NCBI GenBank assembly: GCA_036638975.1
Contig: JAVWJP010000002.1
Span: 54,375 to 118,374 of the forward strand
From: Hydrogenoanaerobacterium sp.
Lineage (GTDB): Bacteria > Bacillota > Clostridia > Oscillospirales > Ruminococcaceae
Direction: 5' to 3'
DNA length: 64,000 nucleotides
The notes below the pieces were generated by a model. The model was not told where the DNA came from and ran no database searches. It saw only the letters and a list, made by a program, of their open reading frames with translations. How positions within the stretch are numbered: the first letter of the stretch is position 1; each line of letters opens with the position of its first letter. Both the position numbers and the translations under genes were made by a program. This document shows positions 19,176-28,900 of this stretch, one piece after another.

Positions 19176-20439
19176 AACCTGTTTCGCCCTCCTTCTGCAA
19201 AAGCTCATCAAGCTTCTTAGTAAATGCCGCCGCCGCCGCGTGGTTTTGCCCGCTTGCCGTAACCCCCGCAACGACACAGCCCTTTTGTGCTATTCCCGGG
19301 AAATAAAAGGTAGATTCATCTTTGCAATCGGCAACGCTGACATAACAGTCAAGTTCTTTGCATTCTTCATAAATGCTGTGGTTTACCTCGCGGCTGTCAG
19401 TAGCCGCCACAACAAGCTCCGCATCTACACAGTCACCCTGCCTGTAGCCCCTGTTGCAAAGTAAAAGCTTACTGCCGCCTTGCGCCTTTAGTTCTTCGCA
19501 AATATAAGGTGCTACAACCGTAAGCCTGCACCCAAATTTTTTAAGCACCGCCGCGCGCCGCGCCGCAACCGTACCGCCCCCAAAAACCACAGCTTTTTTA
19601 TCTGTAAGGTTTACAAAAAGTGGGAAGTAAAGTGCTTTTGGTTCATTAGAGCTTTGCTGCGCAAGCTTTGGTGTTTTTGGCAAAATACCAAAGCGTTCGC
19701 TTAAAAACCGCGGTATTTCGTCGGTATAAACACCGTTTTCATCGGGCGGACAGCCTATGACGACAAGCTTTACCCCTGCAAGGCGCGCCGCCTCGCATTT
19801 TTGGTAAAAGCCACCCGCAGAGCCGCTGGCTTTTGTAACAAGACAAGCCGCGCCTGTTTGCTTTAACATAGCCGCATTTAACTCTGCGCTAAAAGGGCCC
19901 TGCATACAAATAATATTTTTTTTCTCGAAGCCCAGCCTAAGGCAATGCCCCAAAGAAGCCTCATCAGGCAGCACACGCACAAAAAGTTTTTTTTCGTACT
20001 GCGGCACAACTGTAAAACAGTCAAGCTCTTTACTACCTGTGGTTACAAGGGCTGAATAACCCATTTTGGCAAGATATTCTGCGGCTTCTACCGCGCTTTT
20101 AACTGACGTAAACTCATCTTCGGTTTTTGCTTTTCTGCGCAACACCCGTAAATATTCTGTTTTGGCAGTAAGGCACGCCTCGCGGCAGTTTGCGCTAACC
20201 TCGGCAGCATATGGGTGCGTTGCATCAAAAACACAGTCGAACTTGTTTTTTGTCATAAGCCTTGTCATTTCGCAAGTGTCACGCCTGCCCACAAGTACAG
20301 TTAAGTCTTTGCACTGCGGCAAAACCTCGCGCCCATACTCTGTGGCAACACACACCGTAAGCTCGCACCCGCAGCCGCAAAGCAGCTCTGCAAGCTCCCT
20401 GCCCTCGGTAGTACCCGCAAATATTAAAAACCTGCGCAT
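19168..20439 (-). CDS. cbiJ: Fusion of cobalt-precorrin-6A reductase (CbiJ) with a siroheme-synthase N-terminal-type precorrin-2 dehydrogenase (SirC/Met8p-like) domain
   Basis: 423 aa. The N-terminal ~250 aa are CbiJ/CobK-like (IFAGTTEGRELA, FDATHPYAAEVS). The C-terminal ~165 aa are YFPLFVNLTDKKAVVFGGGTVAARRAAVL..., a Rossmann-type CysG-N/SirC domain. Confidence 0.8.
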   Translation of the reverse strand: MRRFLIFAGTTEGRELAELLCGCGCELTVCVATEYGREVLPQCKDLTVLVGRRDTCEMTRLMTKNKFDCVFDATHPYAAEVSANCREACLTAKTEYLRVLRRKAKTEDEFTSVKSAVEAAEYLAKMGYSALVTTGSKELDCFTVVPQYEKKLFVRVLPDEASLGHCLRLGFEKKNIICMQGPFSAELNAAMLKQTGAACLVTKASGSAGGFYQKCEAARLAGVKLVVIGCPPDENGVYTDEIPRFLSERFGILPKTPKLAQQSSNEPKALYFPLFVNLTDKKAVVFGGGTVAARRAAVLKKFGCRLTVVAPYICEELKAQGGSKLLLCNRGYRQGDCVDAELVVAATDSREVNHSIYEECKELDCYVSVADCKDESTFYFPGIAQKGCVVAGVTASGQNHAAAAAFTKKLDELLQKEGETGFE

Positions 20440-20486
20440 TTCCCCCCACCGCTTTTCTTATAATAATTAAGCAATATTTTTCTCTA

Positions 20487-21212
20487 TTAAAATTTATAGC
20501 CGCGCGGAGTAACCATTTTACCGCCGATGTTTTTTGTAGACGAATTACCTATAAACACAGTACTAAACATATCCACGGTGGTACTTTTAAGCTCTGCAAG
20601 CGTCATTACCTCGCCGCTTTCGCCGCTTCGCCCTATGTTTTTGGCAACCCCGCATACGGTGTTTTCTCCGCGGCTTTTTAAGATAATATCGCACGCTTTT
20701 TTTAAATAGTCGCTTCTTTTTTTGCTTGATGGATTATAAAGGCATATAACAAAGTCGCCCTCTGCGGCAAGACTTAGACGTTTTTCTATAAGCTCATACG
20801 GTGTCAAAAGGTCCGAGAGCGAAATCACGGCAAAATCGTGCACAAGCGGAGCACCCAGCAGGGCCGCACCGCTGCAAGCTGCGGTTATACCCGGTATTAC
20901 CTCTATTTCTACATTTTTTCGGTCGCCCAAAAGCTCATATGCAAGACCCGCCATACCGTAAACGCCGGCGTCGCCGCTGCACACAAGTGCAACCGTGTGC
21001 CCCGCCTCTGCCTCGTCAAGTGCCGCGCGGCAACGTTCCGTTTCTTGCTTCATTGGTGTTACCAGCAGCTTTTTGCCCTCTGTCTGCCCTGCCAAAAGCT
21101 CTATGTACACGGTATATCCCGCTATAACGTCGCTTTTGGCAATAGCCTTTGCCGCACGCGGGGTAATTTCGTCTGCACCGCCCGGTCCTATTCCTACTAT
21201 GTAAAGCTTCAT
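20487..21212 (-). CDS. cbiH: Cobalt-factor III / precorrin-3B C17-methyltransferase
   Basis: Starts MKLYIVGIGPGG at ATG 21212 (ATGA overlap with the hemA stop). Tetrapyrrole methylase blocks SGDAGVYGMAG. Confidence 0.92.
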   Translation of the reverse strand: MKLYIVGIGPGGADEITPRAAKAIAKSDVIAGYTVYIELLAGQTEGKKLLVTPMKQETERCRAALDEAEAGHTVALVCSGDAGVYGMAGLAYELLGDRKNVEIEVIPGITAACSGAALLGAPLVHDFAVISLSDLLTPYELIEKRLSLAAEGDFVICLYNPSSKKRSDYLKKACDIILKSRGENTVCGVAKNIGRSGESGEVMTLAELKSTTVDMFSTVFIGNSSTKNIGGKMVTPRGYKF

Positions 21213-22438
21213 TTTTGCACCGCCTTTTCCATACTTTCTATACATTCGTCCCATCTTTCGGGCGGTAAATAATCTCTAAGCCCGAACATAAGCTTGCTTA
21301 CAACCTTGGCAGAAGCGTTTTCAAGCTGATATTGCAGCTTTTTTTGCTCGTCAGGGTCAAGCTCCAGCTTCATAATTGTTTTTTGCACTCGCCCTGTAAT
21401 ATCCTTTGCAGCTAAGCTGCTTATGCCGCTCACTTTAGGTATAAGACCTCTAAAATAGTACCAATTTGTAAATTCGCGGTCGTACTGCTCCAGTATACAT
21501 TCCGCTTGCCTAAGCTCGTCACTTTTTGTCTGACGAAGCTCTGTCCCGCACAAGCTGTCTATATCATATAATATAACTCCAGCCGCTGTTTTTAGGCGCG
21601 GAGAAATATCACGCGGCACTGCTAAATCTATAAGCACTTTTTTCTGCCCGTCAAGACAGGGTATTACATCATCATAATGCAGGGTGTAATGCGGGCTGCT
21701 TGTGGCACTGACAACAGCCTGCGCAGTCCTTAAAGCAGAAAGGCGTTCTTCGTATTTTATGGCACTACAGCCCGGCGGTATTACCGATTCTCCGTTTTTA
21801 TAGCGCCTTATAGTCATTTTAACATTGCAGCCGTTTTTATTAAGTTCTTCCGCTGTAAGCCTGCCAATCTCTCCGTTGCCTATGACAAGGCAGCAAAGCC
21901 CGCTTAAATTACCGTATTCACCACGCAAAACCTCTGCCGTGCGCGTTGCAACAGAGCTGTCTACAGCCGTTAGCCGCACCGTGGTTTTCACCCGCTTTGC
22001 AGCGGTTACCGCAGTGCGAAAAAGCCTCTCTAAAACGCTGTCTGCCGCAGAGCAATCGTGCGCAAGCAAAAGTGCCTCGCCCACCTGTGTTATAATTTGT
22101 TCTTCGCCAAAAATTCGGCTTTTAAGCCCGCAGGCTGTTTCTAAAAGGTGTTTTACAGCCGCTTCTCCAACTCTCCGCGCAATGATACTTCTATTATCTG
22201 CAAGCGGAACTCCGACAAGGCGGCAAAGAATATCATCTGCCAAAACAGTTTGTTCGCCACTGTGCGAAACCCAAAGCTCGGTGCGGTTACAGGTAGAAAG
22301 TATAACACAGCCCTGCACCCCATACTCGTTTTTTACGCGGCTCATGGCGGCGACAGCGGCAGATTTTGTAAACGCAAAAAGCTCTCGCTTACAAAGCTCT
22401 GCCGTCAAATGGTCTATACCCGCCATTTCTATATTCAT
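21209..22438 (-). CDS. hemA: Glutamyl-tRNA reductase
   Basis: MNIEMAGIDH..., the catalytic Cys region LSTCNRTELW, and NAD-binding VIGNGEIG. Start ATG 22438 shares 1 nt with the cbiG stop. Confidence 0.92.
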   Translation of the reverse strand: MNIEMAGIDHLTAELCKRELFAFTKSAAVAAMSRVKNEYGVQGCVILSTCNRTELWVSHSGEQTVLADDILCRLVGVPLADNRSIIARRVGEAAVKHLLETACGLKSRIFGEEQIITQVGEALLLAHDCSAADSVLERLFRTAVTAAKRVKTTVRLTAVDSSVATRTAEVLRGEYGNLSGLCCLVIGNGEIGRLTAEELNKNGCNVKMTIRRYKNGESVIPPGCSAIKYEERLSALRTAQAVVSATSSPHYTLHYDDVIPCLDGQKKVLIDLAVPRDISPRLKTAAGVILYDIDSLCGTELRQTKSDELRQAECILEQYDREFTNWYYFRGLIPKVSGISSLAAKDITGRVQKTIMKLELDPDEQKKLQYQLENASAKVVSKLMFGLRDYLPPERWDECIESMEKAVQK

Positions 22439-23469
22439 CAAAATTTTACGCTCCAATCATCACACGCAAGTGCCGCGGTAACACCGTTTGATGCCTGTTT
22501 TTTTACTATAATTTTTCCGCCGCCCATCGCCGCCGCTCTCTCGCACACATTGTCGACTCCTATTACACTTTTTACAAAATCAGAGGCTGTAAATTCGCCC
22601 TTTACCCGCAAAAGCTCATCGACGCTATATGTTAAAAGCGGCAAAGCGTTTTCTTTGCAAAATGCCAAAATACACGGCTCTTTTGCCTTTATATCTACCG
22701 TACACACGCCCTTTACACTGCACAGCGCTATGTTGCTTTCAGATAACACTGTTTTTATATGCGCTGTCAGAGCTTCTTCGGCAGTGCCTCTGCGACAGCC
22801 TATACCAAGTGTAATTATACGCGGAATAAGGTTTAAAGTACAAGCAAATGGACGTTTTTGTATGTCTAAAGAAACACAGACACCGCTTTTACAGCTTTTG
22901 CCGCTTACTAAACCCAGAGGCAGCTCTCCGTCAATTTTAAAATCAGAAAAAAATCCTATTTCTTCTCCGCGCAAAAGTGCGGAAGAAAGCTCTTTTGCAG
23001 CGTGTCTGTCAGCTATTACACAGTTGTTTTCGCTTGCCCAAAGGTCTGCCGCAAAAACTCCGTTTATATCTGTAGCCGTCGATATTACAGCCTTTGCACC
23101 GCACAAGCCCGCCACAGCTCGCGCCAAAGCGTTTGCACCGCCGATATGCCCCGAAAGCAGCGGAACGACAAAGCCCGCTCCCTCATCAAGTGCCAAAACT
23201 GCGGGGTCTGTAAATTTGTCGCTTACATAAGGCGCTATTGCCCGCACGGCTATCCCACAGGCAGAAACAAATATTATAGCATCTGCCTGTACAAACTGCT
23301 GCCCCGCCCACTGCGTAACGCTGCCTTTAAGCGGAGTTAATTTTGTGCGCTCGCAGCAGCTTGCTGCGGCAAAACCGCTTACCTCGTTACCCTGTGCGCA
23401 AAGCCCATCATAAAGCCGCTCTAAAAGCGCCGCTCCTTTTTTTGTAAAAGCTATCATTGCTATCTTCAC
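22438..23469 (-). CDS. cbiG: Cobalt-precorrin-5A hydrolase
   Basis: 343 aa with CbiG N/middle/C layout (VSACGIAVRAIAP, PLLSGHIGGANALA, LGIGCRRG). Confidence 0.9.
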   Translation of the reverse strand: MKIAMIAFTKKGAALLERLYDGLCAQGNEVSGFAAASCCERTKLTPLKGSVTQWAGQQFVQADAIIFVSACGIAVRAIAPYVSDKFTDPAVLALDEGAGFVVPLLSGHIGGANALARAVAGLCGAKAVISTATDINGVFAADLWASENNCVIADRHAAKELSSALLRGEEIGFFSDFKIDGELPLGLVSGKSCKSGVCVSLDIQKRPFACTLNLIPRIITLGIGCRRGTAEEALTAHIKTVLSESNIALCSVKGVCTVDIKAKEPCILAFCKENALPLLTYSVDELLRVKGEFTASDFVKSVIGVDNVCERAAAMGGGKIIVKKQASNGVTAALACDDWSVKF

Positions 23470-24231
23470 TTAATTACCTCTTTCACCTTGCCTGTATTCA
23501 GTTGTAAAGCTTGGGTCGTAAAGCTTGCTGCGTGCGTAACTCCCATTTAAAAAACCTCCGACCAATATAAGCGCCGTTTTAGTTATATCGTTGTCGCTTG
23601 CCATTTTTGCAAGCTGCCCGACAGTGCCAATAACCTTTTTTTCATCAGGCCACGTAGCTTTATAAACTATAGCGGCAGGTGTTTCGGCAGTATAACCGCC
23701 TTTTATAAGGCGCTCGCTAAGTTCTGCAAGCATAGCTGCCGAAAGAAAAATTACCATAGTTGCACCGTGTGCCGCCAAAAGCGATATCTCCTCGCGCTCA
23801 GGCACAGCTGTGCGCCCCGCCATTCTTGTAATTATCACAGTTTGCGAAAGCTCCGGCAAGGTATATTCTGCCTTTAAAGCCGCTGCCGCACCGCAAAAAG
23901 AGCTCACTCCGGGCGTTACTGCATATTCTATATTTTTAGCATCAAGCCTGTCCATTTGCTCTCGCACAGCACCATATATAGAGGAATCTCCTGTATGAAG
24001 CCGCACCGTTTTTTTACCGTCTGCCTCTGCCATTACCATTACATCAAGCACTTGCTCCAAGGTCATTTTTGCGCTGTCATGTACCTCACAGCTCTTTTTT
24101 GCATTCTTTAAAAGCTCCGGGTTCACAAGAGAACCCGCGTAGATTATAACATCGGCTTCTTGCAAAAGACGCTGCCCGCGTACCGTTATAAGGTCAGGTG
24201 CTCCGCTGCCTGCCCCGACAAAATCTATCAC
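23470..24231 (-). CDS. cbiF: Cobalt-precorrin-4 C11-methyltransferase
   Basis: 253 aa. FVGAGSGAPDLITVRG and TGDSSIYGA. Confidence 0.93.
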   Translation of the reverse strand: MIDFVGAGSGAPDLITVRGQRLLQEADVIIYAGSLVNPELLKNAKKSCEVHDSAKMTLEQVLDVMVMAEADGKKTVRLHTGDSSIYGAVREQMDRLDAKNIEYAVTPGVSSFCGAAAALKAEYTLPELSQTVIITRMAGRTAVPEREEISLLAAHGATMVIFLSAAMLAELSERLIKGGYTAETPAAIVYKATWPDEKKVIGTVGQLAKMASDNDITKTALILVGGFLNGSYARSKLYDPSFTTEYRQGERGN

Positions 24232-24935
24232 AGTTTTTCCTCCCCGTCCTTTAAAATAATCACCGAAAAATAGCTTGCGTCCTCGTCTGCATTTTCAAGG
24301 TTCTCAAACACCCTCTCGCCCTCCATGCCGCATTTCTGTACCATTTTTGCATTTTTTAGCATTCCGCGACCTGCAAGCTGTTTTTTAACCTCGGCAAATG
24401 CCTTTCCGGTTTTCATAAGCACCCTTGTACCACACATATCAAGCCCCGCGCCTGTGCCTTTGTATGAAGCGGGCAATATGTGAAGCGCCTGCGCGCCCTC
24501 TGTAAGCGGTATATTAAGCCGCGCCGATACAGCGCAAAACGACGGCACACCTGCCACAAACTGCGCATTTAAGCCCATTTTTATAATCCTCTTATGTATA
24601 TAGGTGTAGGTAGAATATATGGTTGGGTCGCCCAGCGTCAAAAAAGCAACGTCATAGCCCGCGCGCAGCTCTGCCGCCACGCACTCCGCCGCATCATCGT
24701 GGTGCCTTTGCAGCTCGGCTTTGTCACGCGTCATGGGCAATGTAAGCTCAATTATTTTTTTGCCGTCAAGGCTCACCGCGCTTTTTGCTATCTGCAATGC
24801 CACGCCATCACCCAAAGCTCCGCCGTTTTTAGGCACTGCAATTACAGCACAATTGTTTATTATTTTAACTGCCTTTAACGTAAGCAGCTCGGGGTCGCCG
24901 GGGCCTACACCCACACCGTAAAGTATTCCGCTCAT
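24228..24935 (-). CDS. cbiL: Cobalt-factor II / precorrin-2 C20-methyltransferase
   Basis: 235 aa. LYGVGVGPGDPELLTLKA and LGDPTIYSTY. Confidence 0.92.
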   Translation of the reverse strand: MSGILYGVGVGPGDPELLTLKAVKIINNCAVIAVPKNGGALGDGVALQIAKSAVSLDGKKIIELTLPMTRDKAELQRHHDDAAECVAAELRAGYDVAFLTLGDPTIYSTYTYIHKRIIKMGLNAQFVAGVPSFCAVSARLNIPLTEGAQALHILPASYKGTGAGLDMCGTRVLMKTGKAFAEVKKQLAGRGMLKNAKMVQKCGMEGERVFENLENADEDASYFSVIILKDGEEKL

Positions 24936-26059
24936 ATAATATCTACCTCCGCAATAAGCTCTTTTGCATTCTCTGTAATACCTATTGTGCCATATTTATT
25001 AGAGAACACAACAGCGCCTGTTTTTAAGTACTCGCCCGCCCGTGTCCTCAAGTGGTAAGCTATTTTTTGCATAAGGCTCTCGCTTACCGCAGCGCAAAGC
25101 CCCGCGGCTTCTATCTTCCCCCACGCCTCGTCCGTTGTGACACAGCCCATAAGCTCGCTTACAGTAGCTCGTGCTGCCCCTGCCAGTGCCGCGTGCGCCG
25201 CCAAGACCTCCATACGGCAGTCTGCATACCGCGAATGTGTTTGAAAAACACCGCCCGCCAGCTTTACAAGCTTACCTAAATGCCCCACTAATAAAACTCC
25301 GTCAAAATTAAGTGCAACCGCATAATCTAAAGCTTCGCCTAAAAAATTGCTATATTTTACAGCGCATTTTTCGCCGATTTTTAAAGTATTTTGAATGTAA
25401 GCTTCTCCGTAATTGCCGGGTGTAAGCACTATAAATTTAGCACCCGATGCCTTTAAAACGTCCATTTCAACTTTGATTGTATCGACAAGTGCCTGCTCGC
25501 TCATTGGCTCTACTATACCGCTTGTGCCCAAAACCGAAAGCCCACCCACTATCCCCAAGCGCGGGTTATAGGTTTTTTTTGCAAGCTCTGCACCCTGCGG
25601 AATAATAATTTCAACATAAAGTCCGCCGGTATATCCGCACAGGCTGCAAGCGTCCAGCACTGCTTGTACAATCATACGGCGCGGCACAGGGTTTATGGCG
25701 GCTTCCCCAACATTACACGAAAGCCCCTCGCGCGTCACCCGTCCCACGCCCTCGCCGCCCTCCACGGTTATACCTAAGGCTGCTTTGCTTACCCTTGCCA
25801 TTATCAAAGCTCCATTTGTTATGTCAGGGTCGTCCCCCGCATCTTTTAAAACACCGCACATCGCTTCGCCTTCGTCCTGCAAATGCCCATGTATTAAAAG
25901 CTCTGCCTCAGTGCCGTTCGGCATTTCTATACCCACCCTTTGCAGCTGTCTGCCGCTAAGCAGTAAAAGTGCCGCCGCCTTTGCCGCCGCCGCTGCGCAG
26001 CTGCCGGTTGTGAAGCCACAACGCAGTTTTTTTGCGCCGACAAGCCTGTATTCCTCCAC
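24932..26059 (-). CDS. cbiD: Cobalt-precorrin-5B (C1)-methyltransferase
   Basis: 375 aa. LRCGFTTGSCAAAAAKAA, DAGDDPDIT and GTSGIVEPMS. Confidence 0.93.
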   Translation of the reverse strand: MEEYRLVGAKKLRCGFTTGSCAAAAAKAAALLLLSGRQLQRVGIEMPNGTEAELLIHGHLQDEGEAMCGVLKDAGDDPDITNGALIMARVSKAALGITVEGGEGVGRVTREGLSCNVGEAAINPVPRRMIVQAVLDACSLCGYTGGLYVEIIIPQGAELAKKTYNPRLGIVGGLSVLGTSGIVEPMSEQALVDTIKVEMDVLKASGAKFIVLTPGNYGEAYIQNTLKIGEKCAVKYSNFLGEALDYAVALNFDGVLLVGHLGKLVKLAGGVFQTHSRYADCRMEVLAAHAALAGAARATVSELMGCVTTDEAWGKIEAAGLCAAVSESLMQKIAYHLRTRAGEYLKTGAVVFSNKYGTIGITENAKELIAEVDII

Positions 26060-26097
26060 TGTTTGTGCCCTCGTTTCTTTATTATTTGCTGTAAAGG

Positions 26098-26943
26098 CTA
26101 AACTTTCTCACCGTTTATCGCAGCTATCAGCCTTAAAAGCTCTGCCATACTGTGCGGCACTGCATTTTTTTGCAAAACGCCCGCCTGCGCCAAGGCATTG
26201 TAAGTGCTTAGTACAAACGGGCTGCAAAGCCCTGCTTCGCTAAGCAACTTACCATTTGCAAAAATCTCATCAGGTGTCCCCTGCGCCTTTACCCTTCCAT
26301 TATCTAAAACAACAATTTTATCAGCCCATGAATACGCCATATTAACGTCATGCGTCGCCATTAAAACTGTTATGCCCTGTGCGCTCAAGCCGTTTATTTC
26401 GTCCATAAGAAGTGACGAATGAAGTGGATCCAAGGACGAAGCAGGCTCATCAAAAAGTATAACGCGCGGGCTCATGGCAAGCACCGCCGCCACTGTAACA
26501 CGTTTTTTTTGCCCGCCGCTTAAAAAATGCGGCGGCTTTGCACTAAGCGCGTTTAAATCCATGACGTCAAGAGCCTTTGTCACGCATTCATGTATCTGCT
26601 CTTTTGAATACCCCAAATTATGTGGGCCGAATGCAACTTCCTGATAAACATCGACACAAAAAAGCTGAGTTTCGGGGTCTTGAAAAACCACGCCAACATT
26701 TTTTCGCATATCTATTAGCCCTTTTTTGTCATAGCTTACAGCTTTTTCGTCAAAAAGCATAGCACCGCCACAGGGCTTATAAACACCGTTAAGGCACAAA
26801 AACAAGGTGCTTTTGCCAGAGCCGTTTGCACCAAGCACCGCCACCTTTTCGCCTCTGTTTATGCTAAGCGTTACACCGCGCAAAGCCTGTGTACCATCGC
26901 TGTATGTATATTGTAAATCTTCCAGTTTTATTATAGTTTGCAA
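26098..26943 (-). CDS. cbiO: Cobalt ECF transporter ATPase
   Basis: 281 aa. Walker A GANGSGKST, ABC signature LSGGQKKR, Walker B ILFDEP. TTG start after GGTG. Confidence 0.92.
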   Translation of the reverse strand: MQTIIKLEDLQYTYSDGTQALRGVTLSINRGEKVAVLGANGSGKSTLFLCLNGVYKPCGGAMLFDEKAVSYDKKGLIDMRKNVGVVFQDPETQLFCVDVYQEVAFGPHNLGYSKEQIHECVTKALDVMDLNALSAKPPHFLSGGQKKRVTVAAVLAMSPRVILFDEPASSLDPLHSSLLMDEINGLSAQGITVLMATHDVNMAYSWADKIVVLDNGRVKAQGTPDEIFANGKLLSEAGLCSPFVLSTYNALAQAGVLQKNAVPHSMAELLRLIAAINGEKV

Positions 26944-27040
26944 ATTTTCACCTCTGATATTTTAATTTGCCTAAAGCTACGCCCGCCACCTGCAAAGATA
27001 ATTAATTATTTTACACATGACAGGCTTTAATCTTTACAGA

Positions 27041-27811
27041 TTACAGCTTTAACAGTACAAGCAGTGCCAAAAGCAAGGTTATATATAAAGAAAGAATAAG
27101 CTTTTGCCCTTTAGTTACAGGGGTAAGCTCGCCTGTAAAAGCAAAATCTCCGCTGTAACCGCGAGATTCCATAGCGCTGTATATTTGCTCTGATTTTAAA
27201 AATGCACCCACAAAAAGCGATGATGCCAGCACCGAAAGCGAACGAAACGACGACTTATAATTGATGTTGCCGAGGCGCGAATTTTGCGCTATTTTCATTT
27301 GCTGTGCCATATTTATCAAAATAAATATAAAGCGATACGTCATCATCATAAGCTCAGTCATAAGCTTTGGTGTATGCAGCTTGTCAAGCAGCCCCAAAAG
27401 CTCACTTATTGGGGTAGTTACATAAAGAAAATACAGGCACGAAACGCACGCCATAGCCTTTAAAAACATATTAGCAGCCTGCAAAAGCCCCTCTTGCGTT
27501 ACAACGGCAAAGCCGCCAAAAAAAGGTAGATTAAAAACACCTGTAGGCTGCGGCAAAACGCTTACAGAGATTGTAGCCGCGCCCAAAAGCAAAAACCAAA
27601 ACGGAATAAAACACAATTTAACATATTTTTTTACTGAAAAACCCGAGATAACAATGCACATAAACGACATAAAAACAAACACCGCAGCAGAGAAAATATT
27701 TTCTCCCGCAATTATAGTGCAAAGCAATGTAAAGAGCGCAAGCCCCGCCTTAAAGGCAGGGCTTAGCTTTAAAATTTTAGAGCTATACGCGATTTTATCC
27801 ATTATAATCAT
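27041..27811 (-). CDS. cbiQ: Cobalt ECF transporter T component
   Basis: 256 aa polytopic membrane protein. ECF-T type ARGxR-like region (AMESRGYSGD). Sits between cbiN and cbiO. Confidence 0.85.
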   Translation of the reverse strand: MIIMDKIAYSSKILKLSPAFKAGLALFTLLCTIIAGENIFSAAVFVFMSFMCIVISGFSVKKYVKLCFIPFWFLLLGAATISVSVLPQPTGVFNLPFFGGFAVVTQEGLLQAANMFLKAMACVSCLYFLYVTTPISELLGLLDKLHTPKLMTELMMMTYRFIFILINMAQQMKIAQNSRLGNINYKSSFRSLSVLASSLFVGAFLKSEQIYSAMESRGYSGDFAFTGELTPVTKGQKLILSLYITLLLALLVLLKL

Positions 27812-27813
27812 AA

Positions 27814-28116
27814 TTATTTATCTTGCTTGTACTTTTTAGTTGCTGCAAGGTAACCCGCGCAAAAGCAAAAAACACCTGCGCCAAGTGCCGCCTGCAAGCA
27901 AAACAATAAGCTTTCTGTTTCGCCGCCGGGAGGTGCCCATGCCGGCTCGTACCAAGGGGTATATTCTTTGTCAATAGAAGTGATAATTCCGTCTGCTGCG
28001 CCATCTGCCCCGCCAAATTCAGAATCCTTGATAGTAAGCAGAGGGTAAACTATAATAAGAGCGCAAAAAGCCAATGCCAAAACCACCGACAAAATATTTT
28101 TTGTTTTACTGCTCAT
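27814..28116 (-). CDS. cbiN: Cobalt transport protein CbiN
   Basis: 100 aa with two TM segments flanking a periplasmic loop (GADGAA...YTPW). Its start overlaps the cbiM stop. Confidence 0.85.
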   Translation of the reverse strand: MSSKTKNILSVVLALAFCALIIVYPLLTIKDSEFGGADGAADGIITSIDKEYTPWYEPAWAPPGGETESLLFCLQAALGAGVFCFCAGYLAATKKYKQDK

Positions 28117-28871
28117 GCTGTTACCTCCTTTGTAGTTACGTTTAACTGAATCAATTCATCTTTACAAAGCGACGCTATAGCGTTATATACAAGCACCGTA
28201 AGAACTCCCTCGACTATAGCAAGCGGAATTTGTGTCATTGCAAAGATAGTCATAAATTTTACAAGCGACTGTGTAAAGCTTACAGTACCGCTGTTAAAGG
28301 CAAGTGCAAGCTCTGTTGCCGTTACGGCATATGTAAATAAATCTGCCACAAAGGCACATAAAAACACCTGTATATTTTTGTGTAGCTTTAACTTGCGTGC
28401 CAAAAGGTAAATGCCATAGCCGACAAAGGGGCCTGCAACTGCCATTGAAAAAGCGTTTGCTCCAAGTGTTGTAAGCCCGCCGTGGGCAAGCAAAACAGCC
28501 TGAAAAAGCAAAACTATAGCACCTAAAACCGCCATGGCGGCAGGACCGAACAAGATAGCCCCAAGACCTGTACCCGTAGGGTGCGACGAGCTTGCTGTGA
28601 CAAGACTGGGCATTTTTAAAGCTGAAAGCAAAAAGCAGTAAGCGCCCGACATTGCAAGCATCATTTTAATGCGGCTGTTGCCGATGCACTGCTTTTTGAT
28701 GGAGAAAAAGCCCCATACTAAAAAAGGCAAAAAAGCTGCGCCCCATATAACACACCATTTTGCCGGAAGCATTCCCTCGGCAATGTGCATGGCGTAAGTG
28801 GGCACTGCTGTTAGCATGGCTGTGGCAACGACAACCGATGCACTGAGTATTCGCTTTTGTTTTTTGTTCAT
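28113..28871 (-). CDS. cbiM: Cobalt ECF transporter substrate-capture component CbiM
   Basis: 252 aa. A signal-like N-terminus is followed by the characteristic MHIAEGMLP cobalt-binding N-terminus. First gene after the riboswitch. Confidence 0.92.
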   Translation of the reverse strand: MNKKQKRILSASVVVATAMLTAVPTYAMHIAEGMLPAKWCVIWGAAFLPFLVWGFFSIKKQCIGNSRIKMMLAMSGAYCFLLSALKMPSLVTASSSHPTGTGLGAILFGPAAMAVLGAIVLLFQAVLLAHGGLTTLGANAFSMAVAGPFVGYGIYLLARKLKLHKNIQVFLCAFVADLFTYAVTATELALAFNSGTVSFTQSLVKFMTIFAMTQIPLAIVEGVLTVLVYNAIASLCKDELIQLNVTTKEVTA

Positions 28872-28900
28872 TTGATATTCTCCTATTTTTTATTGCAAAC

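Noticed and set aside
22148-23230. A 360-aa plus-strand ORF (and the overlapping 218-aa ORF at 21825-22481) antisense to cbiG/hemA.
   Set aside because: It lies fully inside well-supported minus-strand genes. The translation is low-complexity and Ser/Ala/Pro/Thr-rich with no motifs, and there is no RBS. This is typical of a mirror frame in a codon-biased gene.
27795-28016. A 73-aa minus-strand ORF overlapping cbiN in another frame. Similar small ORFs occur at 28666-28902 and 39631-39849.
   Set aside because: They overlap well-supported genes or RBS regions, have no RBS of their own, and have implausible composition.
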